NCBI GenBank assembly: GCA_030390025.1
Contig: CM059431.1
Span: 112,284,001-112,348,000, forward strand
DNA from: Squalus acanthias
Lineage: Eukaryota
Reading direction: 5' to 3'
DNA: 64,000 nucleotides
In this document: positions 61,086-64,000 of the stretch, in pieces
Numbering within the stretch: the first letter of the stretch is position 1
Layout of the letters: the number at the start of each line of letters is the position of its first letter
Program-made: the position numbers and the translations under genes
Notes under the pieces: generated by a model
What the model was told of the DNA's origin: nothing
Seen by the model: only the letters and a program-made list of their open reading frames with translations
The model's database searches: none

Positions 61086-61640
61086 TTTCAAATAAAACTG
61101 TTGGACTATAACCTGGTGTTGTGCGACTTCTCAATAAAAATCTGAGCAGCGCTTCGATTTCAGAGAATTCACAATGCTGGCTTCAACCATGCATTTGAAA
61201 GAATGCAGCGTAATTTGCGCAGGACCTCAATAAAACTAATGTCATTCCTCACTCTTTCCTATTTGTGAGCTTAATCAGACAGTTCCAAATGAGTTCCTTT
61301 AACAGGCAGTCCTTGAATAATACAATTTTGATCTTATTGATATTTGCTTATGTAGGAAGTAGAGTTGAAAATAATTGATTTTTTTTTTTAAAAGACTTTT
61401 TCTCAGGTTTTTCCACGTAAACAGGTCCACTGGAAAAGTAGCTTTGGGGGAGCATCAGATTTTCAACGCGAGTCAAGAGTTACAGGATCCTTTAGAATGT
61501 CAGTCTTGACAGATATCGATCAGTAATAGCTGTGAAGGTGACCGCACTCTTCACTCTATATGTTAATGGCTTATTTCAGACACCGGCAAGTAACATTTCT
61601 GGCATCAGCCAGCCATATCCAGTTGCATTATTCAAAGAGA

Positions 61641-61830
61641 GAAAGACTTGCATTTATATAGCGCCTTTCACGACCATCGGACGTCCCAAAGCGCTTTACA
61701 GCCGATGAAGTTCTTTTTGAATTGTAGTCACTGTTGTACTGTAGGGAACGCGGCAGCCAATTTGCGCACAGCAAGCTCCCACAAACAGCAATGTGATAAT
61801 GACCAGATCATCTGTTTTAGTGATGTTGAT
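61641..61830 (-). mobile_element. DeuSINE 3' end
   Basis: GAAAGACTTGCATTTATATAGCGCC..GACCAGATCATCTG. Confidence 0.85.
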
Positions 61831-61982
61831 TTACAAGATGCAGGTATGTTGGTCAAGATAGGATGTCAGTAAATCTCCTTTCCGACTGCAGCAAAAGACG
61901 TTACTGTGAGTTCTGCAGGATTTATATATGTATGAGGGTCTCTTGAATGTAGATATGATTTAGGGATTTCTCTAACATACAA

Positions 61983-62494
61983 GGGCAGATTTTTACTGCA
62001 CCCCCCCACCCTCGGCCTTGTCACTGGACAGGGAACCCCAACCAAAATGCACCGCCCCTATCCAGATCCAGAAGCACCGGGATTTCCCGGAGGCACTGTT
62101 GGTGCAGCCCTTCCCCCGTCAGGGCCTAGCATGGAAGGGAATTAAAGTTCCAGCTGTCGGTGCAGGTCCAACGTAGAGTTTGCCATCTTCTGGCTGCTGA
62201 TGGAGGTCCCTATTACTTGTAGACATCTTGGAGTGGTTAGAAATTAAAAACTACAGCAATCCCTCAGGAAAATAAGGCAGGAGGTCAGTCCCTACCCTGC
62301 CACATAACTTGCGTCGCTCCATATAGTAGGTGTAGAGGCAGCTGTGCCTCTGCAGGAAAATCCTGGAAGTCCTGAGGGAATGTAAAAGGGGCGCAGACTC
62401 ATCAATACCAGTTCCCCCTCCCCTTTTATTTTGATGTGCTTCACGCCTGGGAAAATGAATGTTCCTCAGTAGCAAGGGTCAGGAAAATTGTCCC
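61983..62494. mobile_element. Possible Harbinger-like MITE
   Basis: Imperfect ends GGGCAGATTTT / AAAATTGTCCC; GC-rich; no TSD. Confidence 0.35.
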
Positions 62495-62739
62495 TACAGT
62501 ATATTCCCTTAGCAATGGCTTGTCTTGTTCTCTTCCTTTTTTTCTGTACTGACATAAATATTCAAAATATTAAATGGATGCTATTCATTTTCATCAAAAC
62601 ATTGATTGTAGGATTGTTATGTTTCGACGCACAGTGCACTGGAAATGGATCTAATTATCTACAGCATCCTTCTGAGAGGGAACTTGCATTACATAAACAT
62701 TCCATGGGTTAGGTTAAGTAACATTTGTAGTCTGTGGGG

Positions 62740-63150
62740 GTGTCAGCTTTGCTCAGTTCTGAGTCAGAAGATTGCGGGTTCAAGCACCAGTACAGGTTTG
62801 AGCGCTTGCGTCAATGCAGCACATAGGGAGTGCCACCTTTATAAATGAGGGATTTAACCAAGGCACTGTATGCCAGCTCAGGTGGATGTAAAAGGTCCCA
62901 TGCCACTATTCTAAGAAGAACAGGGAGTTTTCCTGGTATCCTGGCCATTATTCCTTCCTCAACTAACACAAGCAAAAAAAAAATCTGGCTATTGCTTTGC
63001 TGTTTATGGGACCTTGCTGTGTGCAAAATGACTACCATATTTATTGATATAATGATATAATACGAGTGACTGCACTTAAAAAGTAATCCATTGGTTGCGA
63101 GCCACTTTTGGATATTCTGAGGACATGATAAAGTACAAGTTCTTTCTTTA
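62740..63150 (+). mobile_element. Old DeuSINE
   Basis: GCTCAG..TCTGAGTCAGAAG..GGGTTCAAG head; CAGGTGGATGTAAAAGGTCCCATG core. Confidence 0.75.
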
Positions 63151-64000
63151 CTTTATATCTGCAGCTCAGATTTAAAGAGATGTGGGCACTTAAGAGCAAT
63201 TGGCCATGTGTGAGAGCAAGAAGTCTATAAAAGTTAACAACTGATTTTAAATAGTAGTTTTTGCAAAGGCTGTATGGGAGAGCGAAGGAGACAAAAAATG
63301 TCCAGCAAGAACAAAATGAAGGCAAACCCAACATGGAGGCAGAAATTGAGTCTGTGGGCAAGTGATGGAGTCACGCAAACTCCTGTTTTCTGGACAAGTG
63401 GCCTGCTGCTTGATGTGGGTGCAAGATTGGTTGCCCTGTTCGGCACTCTCCCGGGGGGATGACAGTGCGCCATGCCAAGTAGGAGGTGGTAGCCAATCTC
63501 AGTGGTTGGCATGCTATTTCCATGACCTAGGAATAGGTATAGGAGAAGATAATACACTTTAAGGAATTATGTAGAGTAACAGTAGCATGTATTAGTTAGA
63601 TAGCCCAAGCCTGCATGTCACAAAGCCTTGCCTGTCAAGTTCCACATTTACTGCTTGCACATACCAAGCCTTCACATGATCTTACAACTCTTTCATTGCA
63701 TCTTATGCACACCCATATTTCAGCAGGACACACAATCAAACTGCAGTTTGCAGTTCAAAACCTTGCTATACTTAAAACCTTTGCAGCACAATGTAACTGC
63801 CTGATGCATGGTTACTTAATGATGTCTGAAAGATGGGCACATCTGGTACTACCTCCTTAAGCTCACTAATTAAGTCCTCTGAGATGGGAGTACCTGACTA
63901 GCTAACTTTATTGTATGTGTGTGAGTGAGAGAGACAGAGACAGAGACACACACGCAGGAAGTTGTGTGCTGTCTTGTTCTGGGCCTCTAGCAGTTTGGCT

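Noticed and set aside
1..64000. CRISPR arrays, rRNA, prokaryotic operons, host exons and V-domain (HE1-type) SINEs
   Set aside because: None seen. Short host exons could be missed by eye, so their absence is not proven.

Overview
Repeat-dense vertebrate genomic DNA, most likely a shark or other elasmobranch (inferred from the mix of CR1 LINEs, L2 LINEs, DeuSINE/SacSINE1-like SINEs, Penelope-like pLTRs and PIF/Harbinger elements). I recognised no host protein-coding exon; every recognisable ORF is transposon-derived, so the window looks intronic or intergenic. Highlights: (1) Penelope-like insertions, two of them long hairpin palindromes with target-site duplications (TSDs), carry seven intact-looking minimal hammerhead ribozyme motifs in two families, with compensatory changes in helix I. 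(2) A nested locus at 52.4-59.4 kb holds two divergent, very long (about 1.65 and 1.85 kb) solo LTRs sharing a promoter signature, an apparent R region of about 0.75 kb with a splice donor, and a tRNA-like (A-box/B-box, D-arm/T-arm-like) cassette just after the poly(A) signal. (3) An ORF1-less APE-RT LINE shares its 5' leader and its 3' tail with a tRNA-headed SINE in the same window. (4) A young CR1 family has a tandemly doubled 3' recognition module. (5) Several decayed Harbinger transposase and Myb/SANT remnants occur with their MITEs. All family names come from recognition by eye, not database searches, and most repeat boundaries are approximate.
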